This document shows, piece after piece, positions 38,682 to 48,964 of a DNA stretch of 64,000 bases. The notes below the pieces were generated by a model. That model did no database searches and was not told the origin of the DNA. It worked only from the letters and a program-made list of their open reading frames with translations. How positions within the stretch are numbered: position 1 is the first letter of the stretch; each line of letters opens with the position of its first letter. The stretch lies in the sequence record MK308675.1. One strand, written 5' to 3'. The translations under genes were made by a program, and so were the position numbers.

Positions 38682-39332
38682 TTATTTCATGTACGGTTTA
38701 AATTCCGTCCAGTGTACCGGAAACTCCGGCAGTAGGTTAAGCGTATCTAAGGTATAGATTAGCGAACGTCCTGTCATTTCACCGGCCTCGAAGAACTGCA
38801 CGAGCTTTAACGCAGCAGCATATAAGAGGTCCTTGCCTTGACTCTGCCACGGCACAGATACTGTTTCGAAGGTACTTCTTCCGTCTTCTAGGAAAGACAG
38901 GTTAATACTCTTGTCAGTTAAATGTACTTCGGCGAGACGCAGACTCTCCGCCTTAGGGTAGGAAAGTATCAGTTCTAAACTAGCTTTTACTTTTTCTACT
39001 CGGGCAGGTAAAGTCTTGTACGCGGTATTTAGAGGAGAACACATTAGCTGCCCTCCTTTTAGTTCTATCCCAAATGAGCCAGAAGAACGGCCCATCGTGA
39101 ACGCAATTTCAGTTACGTTTTCATTAGTGTGGTGTTTGACTCCGTGAGCTGGGTTCTCACCTACGACCGGCACGACGTCAATCTTTTCCACAGCAACTAA
39201 AGCGATTGAAAAGTTATTAGCGTCTGCGGGAACATTGTTTAACACACACGGTTCTTGTGCTAAGTCAATGCTCCCACCGTCGATGGGTAAGTCCAACTCT
39301 AAAAACGTACGTTTTGTCGAACGAGTTTTCAT
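38682..39332 (-). CDS. hypothetical protein, possibly late
   Basis: AGGAG SD; late-like motif AATCCTATGA at 39352-39361. Confidence 0.75.
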   Translation of the reverse strand: MKTRSTKRTFLELDLPIDGGSIDLAQEPCVLNNVPADANNFSIALVAVEKIDVVPVVGENPAHGVKHHTNENVTEIAFTMGRSSGSFGIELKGGQLMCSPLNTAYKTLPARVEKVKASLELILSYPKAESLRLAEVHLTDKSINLSFLEDGRSTFETVSVPWQSQGKDLLYAAALKLVQFFEAGEMTGRSLIYTLDTLNLLPEFPVHWTEFKPYMK

Positions 39333-39360
39333 TGTTGTTCTCCTTGTAAAGTCATAGGAT

Positions 39361-41822
<2,462 letters not shown>

Positions 41823-41824
41823 GA

Positions 41825-42274
41825 CTATCTCCTCGGGAAGTTACGGAGAGCGTAGTCGTCATAGACTCCGCCGAATATCCAGCTATTAAGGACGCCGGTA
41901 TAGAACAGACATAAGCTTGACGCAAAGTCATTGGCCAATGTCGTATCTTCTCCGTAGAAGGTTAAATAAGTAATACCTCCGGCACAACAAGCCAGAGCGA
42001 TTAAGATGATTCCGCGACGAGTTTCCCACTTCCCTAGCTGAGTGTCCTCACCTACTGCGGAGCCTCCTTCTCCATTAACGTGGTTGTCTGTAGCTGCACC
42101 GAACACATAGCCGGCGATTACTAGAGCACACATTAAAAGGAGAGAAGAGGCTAGCGTGGCATGGAGAGAAGATTCGCCTTCTCCCCAGCCTAACAGATAC
42201 AGTAAGATGAAGGCAGCCCAACTTAGAGATAGCTTAATCGTGAGACGTCGCATACCCCAGTTTGCTTTAGACAT
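41825..42274 (-). CDS. 4-TM membrane protein made of two internal repeats
   Basis: two copies of W-x-x-RR...YL...G...L...A...FG-x-x-x-D. Confidence 0.7.
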   Translation of the reverse strand: MSKANWGMRRLTIKLSLSWAAFILLYLLGWGEGESSLHATLASSLLLMCALVIAGYVFGAATDNHVNGEGGSAVGEDTQLGKWETRRGIILIALACCAGGITYLTFYGEDTTLANDFASSLCLFYTGVLNSWIFGGVYDDYALRNFPRR

Positions 42275-42596
42275 CTATGTCTCCTGTTTCTATTTTGAAG
42301 AACTCCGCTTCATGCGGGACTAGCTCTTGGCTACCATAGGGACCGGTTTCTGCCAACGTTTTAATTCGTCTGGCGAACTCGGCTGGCCAGCGGACAATCA
42401 TCTGCTTTATGGCGTAGAGTGCAGCTAGGTCATCAGGACAACTAGAGGCCAACGCATAGCAATCGACTAACGCCTGAAGCTGTTCCTCTAGCGTTTTGTC
42501 GCCACCTGGAATCGACGGAAACTCAGTACCGAGATAGGCACAGACTTCGAAGTACCGCTTTACTGTTTTGGTTGTTACGCGAACATTAACAGTCAT
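42267..42596 (-). CDS. hypothetical protein
   Basis: 109-aa ORF in operon. Confidence 0.7.
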   Translation of the reverse strand: MTVNVRVTTKTVKRYFEVCAYLGTEFPSIPGGDKTLEEQLQALVDCYALASSCPDDLAALYAIKQMIVRWPAEFARRIKTLAETGPYGSQELVPHEAEFFKIETGDIDV

Positions 42597-42605
42597 GTGT
42601 ATTCC

Positions 42606-43520
42606 TTAGTCTTCGCCTTTACGGTTCACGGTAAGTGTATATTCGCCCACCGTGCGCGCAGAGTTCGTCCAGCAGTTAGTTTCCCAATCCATCGGACGGT
42701 CGCCCAGAAGCCTGACCATGTCTTCCTGAGAGAAATCTACGAACGTCATTCCGTTTTCACGTCTCTCTCGCAGGCTGACGCATAGCACTTTTTCAGCGAC
42801 TGAAGTGAACCCACCTTCCTTAAACCGAGGACGCCAATAATCTTCAACGTCTACGTAAACATCAAAGACTGTGTCAGTTGGCTTATGTGAAAGCGTAATT
42901 TTAAGGGCATCTGTTCCGACAGCCGTCTTACTCCAAATTCGGAAGAAGTCCCACATGTCGACCACGAGGCGCCGTACGCTTTCCTTAGAGACCCATCCCG
43001 GAACACCACTATGCTTAAGGCGCATTGAACGCGCTTGAGTCGCACGGTGTGCTAGTTCCGCCATAGACAGTACTTCGTTACCGCCAGGTACGTTGTGTGT
43101 CTCTAACATCAGACCAGCGTGGTTACAGCTAAACGCACGAGGCTTCCCTTCTTCATCGGCTTTCCAGCCTTTATGCAGCGGATAAGGCGGAACACCCGCA
43201 ACGTCTTGATAGAGCATGCGCGCTAGGTTATACTCCATTTCGTCACGGACGAAAATGGTTGTTTCGTATAAGCTCTTAGGAATTACCGGGTGTCCATCTT
43301 TCATCTCAGAAGGACATTCGCGTTTTAGCCAGCGGTCTTTAAAATGCTTACTCATAACCACTTTAATGTTCTGTGCCTCTTCTTCACTTAGCTCTACGCC
43401 AAGCAGGTCTGACAATGTTTCTGACGGTACGATAGCGTCCATTGCCATTTCCATAAACTGCATGTAGTCCGAACATGCTTTGTTTAGTATTTCACCGCGC
43501 TCTGTATTTACTGAAGTCAT
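42606..43520 (-). CDS. hypothetical protein
   Basis: 304-aa ORF in operon. Confidence 0.75.
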   Translation of the reverse strand: MTSVNTERGEILNKACSDYMQFMEMAMDAIVPSETLSDLLGVELSEEEAQNIKVVMSKHFKDRWLKRECPSEMKDGHPVIPKSLYETTIFVRDEMEYNLARMLYQDVAGVPPYPLHKGWKADEEGKPRAFSCNHAGLMLETHNVPGGNEVLSMAELAHRATQARSMRLKHSGVPGWVSKESVRRLVVDMWDFFRIWSKTAVGTDALKITLSHKPTDTVFDVYVDVEDYWRPRFKEGGFTSVAEKVLCVSLRERRENGMTFVDFSQEDMVRLLGDRPMDWETNCWTNSARTVGEYTLTVNRKGED

Positions 43521-43524
43521 TTTA

Positions 43525-44247
43525 TCACCAATCTAACTTTTCTGCTTGTTTAAGGATTTTCTTGCGCGCCAGGTCCGTACGGATAATAGAAGAAAGTTCG
43601 TCTGGTCCTAACTTCATATCTTCTAAGCACTGGCCGTGGTAGCTACATTCCATCTGAGGACTTTCTAGCGTACCTTTGTTTACTACGCGCTCGAACGGGT
43701 CTTTACGTTCGTCTGCGCACTTAGGGCAGCCAATGCGTTCAATCTCTTTACCTAGTAAAGAAACCTGAATCTGCATCGCTAGGATGTCCGTGGCTGGGTT
43801 CTGAATTTCTAACAGGGTGTTAACGAACTCGCCTAGTTCTTCCTCCCCAGAAATGAAAGGTTTAATGTGGTTACACTTAGCACATTGCTTAGTTAACTCT
43901 ACGCGACCGGGTTCGTGCTTGAATAAAGGAACCATCTTACCGCCTTCACATTCAGTACAAGGCGTGTTCATATTAATGAACTCTAGATGTATTTTCTTCA
44001 GTGCCACTTCTTCAAAGAAGGTTTCTGCTTTCTCAGCAGAGAGCTGCAACACATGGTTCGATGAAGTAATCCACGTTTCGGACACACCATTCAATTCTTG
44101 CGTGGTGTGGCGACAAACAGAATGACAATTCGTGCAGCTAAACACACTTATAGTGTCGTCTTCCTTGCCATTCATGTCATAAGACGCATCCAGGGATAGT
44201 GCATGGGTTTCGCAGTTCTTACACATTAAGTCTTCGTAGACGCTCAT
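43525..44247 (-). CDS. multi zinc-ribbon protein
   Basis: five CxxC pairs plus CSYHGQC. Confidence 0.7.
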   Translation of the reverse strand: MSVYEDLMCKNCETHALSLDASYDMNGKEDDTISVFSCTNCHSVCRHTTQELNGVSETWITSSNHVLQLSAEKAETFFEEVALKKIHLEFINMNTPCTECEGGKMVPLFKHEPGRVELTKQCAKCNHIKPFISGEEELGEFVNTLLEIQNPATDILAMQIQVSLLGKEIERIGCPKCADERKDPFERVVNKGTLESPQMECSYHGQCLEDMKLGPDELSSIIRTDLARKKILKQAEKLDW

Positions 44248-44777
44248 AGTTCCTCCGTCAGGAATTCAATTTTGTTTCGGAATCCCGACGTTAGGATTTC
44301 GATGTTAGAAGAATACTTCTTAATGCGACCGAATTCACCAGTCTCAATAGAAGCGTTTAAGTTACGTGAACTATCAGCCACCTTAACGATGCGGGTAACC
44401 GGGCGGCGCTTGAGCATTACCATCTGTCCTTCATAAGGCTTGCCGCCTAAGATGTTCGCGTAATCGATTAAGTCAGGATGCACACCCATTTCGCGTAAAT
44501 AGGTTTGACATTCCCAATGGTGCTCTACAGCATCATGGATGTAGCCTAAAGCTTTCAAGAAGAAAGAGGCATCGCGAGGTAAAGCCTTCTCTACCATGGA
44601 AAAGACCGCTTCGCCTACATCACGTACGTGGTAGCTAAATGGTGCGTTGCCGTATTTCTCACCCGCATGTATTTCTAAAGCTAGGCGAAAACAAAGTGCG
44701 GCTTGTTGGGAAGGCTGGTACTTCTTACCTTCTCCCCAATCTTCGGGCACCCAAGTAATCAATTTAGGGTCAATCAT
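44244..44777 (-). CDS. HD-domain hydrolase, RelA/SpoT small alarmone hydrolase-like
   Basis: IHAGEKYGNAPFSYH, IHDAVE, VKVAD-x-x-RNL motifs. Confidence 0.7.
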   Translation of the reverse strand: MIDPKLITWVPEDWGEGKKYQPSQQAALCFRLALEIHAGEKYGNAPFSYHVRDVGEAVFSMVEKALPRDASFFLKALGYIHDAVEHHWECQTYLREMGVHPDLIDYANILGGKPYEGQMVMLKRRPVTRIVKVADSSRNLNASIETGEFGRIKKYSSNIEILTSGFRNKIEFLTEEL

Positions 44778-45505
44778 TTTTCCCTCATCTCCTTTATGCG
44801 TTGTTCTGCGACCTCATCCCAACTAGGCATCTGAGCTATCGCACCTTTAGTAGACATGGCCCATATATAAGAACTCTCACGCTGGTTCTCATCAAAGCCT
44901 TCTAAAGAACCGTGCCTTAAGATGTAACGAGCACGGTAGTAATCGCGTACGCCAAAACCTTCAACAGGGTCCGGGCACACGGCTTGGTCTAAATATTTGA
45001 AGTAGTCAGATACGCTGTCGTCAATGACCACCCAGCGTTTAATAGATGGGTTCTCACGGAGATAGTCGTCTACGCCTTGCTCTCTTGAACTTAACTCCGT
45101 ACCATACCTTTCTTCGATGCGCCACGGCTCACCTTCGCCTTTATTGCGTAAAGTGATAGAACTAAAACCAAAGGCCTCATGTAGCTTACTCGCGGCCAGC
45201 AGAGTCTTCATGTGACTCTTCCATACCGAGACATAAACTATGCGAGCATTGTACTCTTTGGCTAGGCGATTAATGAGACCTACGGCATAAGGGTCTATGC
45301 GTAAACCCATTAAGTGAGCTCGCTCTGTCTGCACGACTTCGTCCACATCTAAGAAGATAACTGCTTCACCGTCTCTTTGCTCGTCCATTATGTTTGCGAA
45401 CGCAGAACGGAAAGCATTCTCGTAACCGTTAGCCAACATGTCTACAAGTTCGGGGTTCTCTCTTAGAAGTTCTTCGTACTTCTTTATTTCTTCGTAATAA
45501 TCCAT
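44774..45505 (-). CDS. HAD-superfamily protein (Swiss Army Knife RNA repair-like)
   Basis: VIFLDVDEV, RIVYVSVWK, R-x-x-GVDDYL, WVVIDD, DP-x-x-GF motifs. Confidence 0.75.
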   Translation of the reverse strand: MDYYEEIKKYEELLRENPELVDMLANGYENAFRSAFANIMDEQRDGEAVIFLDVDEVVQTERAHLMGLRIDPYAVGLINRLAKEYNARIVYVSVWKSHMKTLLAASKLHEAFGFSSITLRNKGEGEPWRIEERYGTELSSREQGVDDYLRENPSIKRWVVIDDSVSDYFKYLDQAVCPDPVEGFGVRDYYRARYILRHGSLEGFDENQRESSYIWAMSTKGAIAQMPSWDEVAEQRIKEMREK

Positions 45506-45548
45506 CTGACCTCCTTTCTATTAAATCCGGATTTAGGGTTAATAAAGA

Positions 45549-45572
45549 CAGGAGAAGCCGAAGCCTCTCCTG
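45549..45572 (-). terminator. intrinsic terminator with cUUCGg loop
   Basis: CAGGAGAGG-CTTCGG-CTTCTCCTG on minus strand followed by T run. Confidence 0.75.
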
Positions 45573-45580
45573 GTTTATTA

Positions 45581-46567
45581 TTAATGTGAACTACGGTACT
45601 TGCGCACCATTAATGACGGGAATATGTAATCTGCATCTAGTAAAGACGGATGCCACATTATCCACGCTCTAGACTTTCCTAGATGGCGAGCCATGTCTGT
45701 TTGGAAGCGACTACCTTCATGCCAGTGGTCCGTAGAATAGTAGTTAGTTAGCGTAGGTAACTCACGCTTCTTCCGACAATCTCGAGCAGCGCAAGAAGCC
45801 ATGAGCTGAGTTTGCCAAGTAGCTAGGCCGTGGCGCGAATGCTCTATGTTGTCGACCGTTAGTCTTGCTGGGCTAAGACTGCGACACTGATTTATCGCCA
45901 CCTCGTTATCATGTGAAGGCCAGTAATGTAAAGATTCCGTACCATTCTTCTTGGCCTTCTGTTCGAAACCACCGTAGAGAACAGTGTCAGCTATTTGAAC
46001 GAGGTCCAGGTGGTCGGACATAGAGTAATCGAAAGCTTCGAATAGCCATTCAGGAACCGCTATAATCTTCTTCTTCAACATGGAATTGAAGTGATGTTCC
46101 GTTATCGTGCGGTTCGACTCCAGATAGACTTGAGTCACGTTAGTCTCAAAGAGGAGCGTATGTAACTCTAGTCCTAAACCCCATATCGTCTTACCGTCTT
46201 GTCGACCAGCTTGGAACCATACGTCTTCGAGGTGGTTGTCTACAGCATAAAGAATACCTAGTGTCTCTGTGCTGATTTTAAAGGGCAGGTATTCAGAGAG
46301 GCCCGGGTTATAGACTCGCAGTACCTCTCTAAAGAAATAGGTTTTATTTTCACGACACTCGAAAAAGATAATGCCTTTTTCTTGGTCAGTTAAATCTTCG
46401 GACCAAGGGTCTAGCCCTATTGTTTCAGGGAACTTAACCCGTAAAGGATACTTGTAGTTTCCCACACGCATCTCTCTTAAAGTTTCCGAGAGAATGTTAA
46501 AGGAATGGTTAGAGGTCCCCGGATAAGAATACTCGCCGGCATTCGGATTGAAAGGTTTCAGTTGCAT
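45581..46567 (-). CDS. truncated terminase large subunit-like ATPase
   Basis: GLDPW...EC-x-x-N-x-x-YFFREVLRV and Walker A GRQDGKT resemble phiKZ-type TerL N-terminus; no nuclease domain. Confidence 0.6.
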   Translation of the reverse strand: MQLKPFNPNAGEYSYPGTSNHSFNILSETLREMRVGNYKYPLRVKFPETIGLDPWSEDLTDQEKGIIFFECRENKTYFFREVLRVYNPGLSEYLPFKISTETLGILYAVDNHLEDVWFQAGRQDGKTIWGLGLELHTLLFETNVTQVYLESNRTITEHHFNSMLKKKIIAVPEWLFEAFDYSMSDHLDLVQIADTVLYGGFEQKAKKNGTESLHYWPSHDNEVAINQCRSLSPARLTVDNIEHSRHGLATWQTQLMASCAARDCRKKRELPTLTNYYSTDHWHEGSRFQTDMARHLGKSRAWIMWHPSLLDADYIFPSLMVRKYRSSH

Positions 46568-46681
46568 TGTTTTAACTCCGTCGTTAAACAAACTAAGGCG
46601 CGATTGCCATTCTATTCTCAGGGAGAATAAAAAATAAAAGATGAGGTAAAGAAAGAGGGAGGCCGAAGACTCCCTTATAGT

Positions 46682-46744
46682 TTAGCAGCCTGAAGAGCCA
46701 CGGCCACAGCCGCCAGGCAGTACAATACTAAAGTTTGATAACAT
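46682..46744 (-). CDS. 20-aa Gly/Cys-rich peptide MLSNFSIVLPGGCGRGSSGC
   Basis: GGAG SD 6 nt before ATG, directly after upstream stop, followed by cUUCGg terminator; below ORF-track cutoff. Confidence 0.5.
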   Translation of the reverse strand: MLSNFSIVLPGGCGRGSSGC

Positions 46745-46759
46745 TGTTTTCTCCGTGTT

Positions 46760-47047
46760 TTAAAGGACGTATTCTTGACCTTCTTCGAGGCCGTGTGGCT
46801 GTTCAGTGATTAGGTAAGCTTGACGATTAACGAAGTAATGTCCCGGGACTACCAGCACGTTATCGTTTTCGTCGTCGATGTAAACGGTTAAGATATATTG
46901 GTTGCCTTTTTGACGTAAGACTTCGTCTACCTTTGCGTCGAGAACTGGCCAGCCGTAAACGGTCCCGTCGTACTCAACACCTTCGCCGTTCGGACAAGAA
47001 ACTAGCCCCTTAGTTAATAGGTATTCAAGGATGTCATCGATTTCCAT
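46760..47047 (-). CDS. hypothetical protein
   Basis: GAGGA SD; directly downstream of early motif 47079. Confidence 0.8.
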   Translation of the reverse strand: MEIDDILEYLLTKGLVSCPNGEGVEYDGTVYGWPVLDAKVDEVLRQKGNQYILTVYIDDENDNVLVVPGHYFVNRQAYLITEQPHGLEEGQEYVL

Positions 47048-47078
47048 AGGGTTTTCCTCTTACATTGATATTCACATA

Positions 47079-47091
47079 GGTAATATAGGTT
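47079..47091 (-). promoter_or_regulatory. early-type promoter motif AACCTATATTACC
   Basis: identical to 4925-4937. Confidence 0.6.
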
Positions 47092-47104
47092 ATAGTTTGC
47101 TCTG

Positions 47105-47114
47105 AATCTTGTAG
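47105..47114 (+). promoter_or_regulatory. late-type promoter motif AATCTTGTAG
   Basis: upstream of chitinase gene. Confidence 0.5.
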
Positions 47115-47161
47115 GGACGCTGTTCCTATAATGAACGTTCATTTTAATCGGGATTAAAGTT

Positions 47162-48922
47162 ATGTACGATAACAAAATCATTAGACTCGCACGTTATGCG
47201 GGAGAAGACTTAGAATTCATGCCGTGGTTCTTTGTGGACGACGACAGCGGAGTTACTCAGAAGGAAATCCCTGAGTTTAAGAATACGCTTTCGTTTGACG
47301 CGAACGATATCTGCGAGAAAGAAGGTAAACTGTACTACACAGAAGAAGCCTTAGCTCCGGCAGACTGGGACGACACTAAGTGGAAGGAAATCGCTGTAGT
47401 GTTGGCTTACTTAAACAACCACAAGACTTATCTGGAATACGAACTTGACTCTTTCGTTCTTCACGAAGACGTCATCTATAAGAACAACAAAGTAGTGTCT
47501 GGAGAGTTCAACAGTGCCGACTGGGACGAAGTAGATGTAAACACGCTTATTGCTGACATCTATACCTACACCGCAGCAGGTGCTTCTTTGGAGATTACTA
47601 CTCTAGCTTCTATGCCATCAGCTAAGCTAGGTTTGTTCGCTCCTGAAATCGTGCTACCTACTCCAGGTACAGGTACGGCTTCATTCTTTATGTATTACCC
47701 TTCGTGGTCTACTCAGACGTTTGGTTTGGGTGATACAGACGCTGTATTGCGTAAACCGTCTAACATGCCTGACTATGTAACTCACACCATGTTGAGCTTT
47801 GCTAAGGCACATGGCTTTACGTTTGATAAGAGCTCCCCTGACATTGCTGAAGCAAACACGGGCTTGCAGTTCCCTGTAGGAATCGACGCAGCTATTCTTA
47901 AAGAAGATATCGCTAAAGCTCAGGCAGCCGGACAGAAGGTTTACATTTCAGTGGGCGGTGCTACTTACGGACGTGACGCTGGTCGCTTAGACCCATGGAC
48001 TAACATGATTACTGAGGCGAAGGACTTAATGTCAGGTACCGCATTTGATGCACTTACTCACGTTGAGACAGACGCATACATTCAGTTCATGGAGTACTTC
48101 GAGCTAGACGGTATCGACTTGGACTTCGAAGACAACCCAGCTTACCACAACAACGACTTTGTTGAGTACCTAGAGAACTACCATGCTCTCTGTTACCTGA
48201 TGCGCTACATTGCCGATGCTGCGGCTACAACGCTCACTAAGACTGTTGAAACTGCAAGTGCTTGTTGGTCTACTGGTTTTGACCAAACGGCTCGCTCTAA
48301 GGCAGACACAAACACTCCTGGCGCAGACCATGAACTAATCGGTTACTTCGGTGACCATGCTGGTCGTGACCGTATGGCTTTCGGTGGTTTCACTGATAGT
48401 GCAGGCGATGCTCGGAATGCCGCACAATACATCGACAACTATATCCTTATGTCGTACGACGCGATGTTCGGTAATCATAAAGACGGTAACCCTGAAACAG
48501 ATTCAGATTCCCTTTATGACCCGGTCGTTTGTTACAACGAGGCACGTGCTATTATTCCGGCCTCTAAAGTGGTAGCTATTGGTTTAATTGCTGGTGACCA
48601 CGGTTTCGGTGACCACTACCTAATGTTGAATGATGCTGACTGTTCTGATACAGCCCCTCATCAGACTCTATTAGAGAAAGACCAATATCAACGTTTCGTT
48701 ATGGCTCCTTATTCAGTAGAGCGCCTATGTCGTACGGTTCGTGAAAACGAAGTGAATGATAAAGACGGTTGCTTGATGTGGGCAGCATTTAAACTGCTCG
48801 GCGATGGTGCTACGTATGAGTTCGATGGAGTTAAAGCAGGTACTGTTACAGAAATCTGTGAGAAAGCTTCTTTAGAGTTCGGCGTCGGTACTGAAACTGG
48901 TTACGTGATGGATTACGTATAA
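47162..48922 (+). CDS. glycoside hydrolase family 18 (chitinase-like) with N-terminal carbohydrate-binding-like repeats
   Basis: ISVGG and DGIDLDFE (DxxDxDxE) catalytic motif; two N-terminal Y/F-x-x-x-x-x-V/C...Y...W repeats. Confidence 0.85.
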   Translation: MYDNKIIRLARYAGEDLEFMPWFFVDDDSGVTQKEIPEFKNTLSFDANDICEKEGKLYYTEEALAPADWDDTKWKEIAVVLAYLNNHKTYLEYELDSFVLHEDVIYKNNKVVSGEFNSADWDEVDVNTLIADIYTYTAAGASLEITTLASMPSAKLGLFAPEIVLPTPGTGTASFFMYYPSWSTQTFGLGDTDAVLRKPSNMPDYVTHTMLSFAKAHGFTFDKSSPDIAEANTGLQFPVGIDAAILKEDIAKAQAAGQKVYISVGGATYGRDAGRLDPWTNMITEAKDLMSGTAFDALTHVETDAYIQFMEYFELDGIDLDFEDNPAYHNNDFVEYLENYHALCYLMRYIADAAATTLTKTVETASACWSTGFDQTARSKADTNTPGADHELIGYFGDHAGRDRMAFGGFTDSAGDARNAAQYIDNYILMSYDAMFGNHKDGNPETDSDSLYDPVVCYNEARAIIPASKVVAIGLIAGDHGFGDHYLMLNDADCSDTAPHQTLLEKDQYQRFVMAPYSVERLCRTVRENEVNDKDGCLMWAAFKLLGDGATYEFDGVKAGTVTEICEKASLEFGVGTETGYVMDYV

Positions 48923-48927
48923 AGACT

Positions 48928-48957
48928 ACTCCTACCTCCTTTGCGGGAGGTAGGAGT
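48928..48957. terminator. bidirectional terminator
   Basis: 12-bp stem ACTCCTACCTCC between convergent genes. Confidence 0.75.
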
Positions 48958-48964
48958 TTATCTT

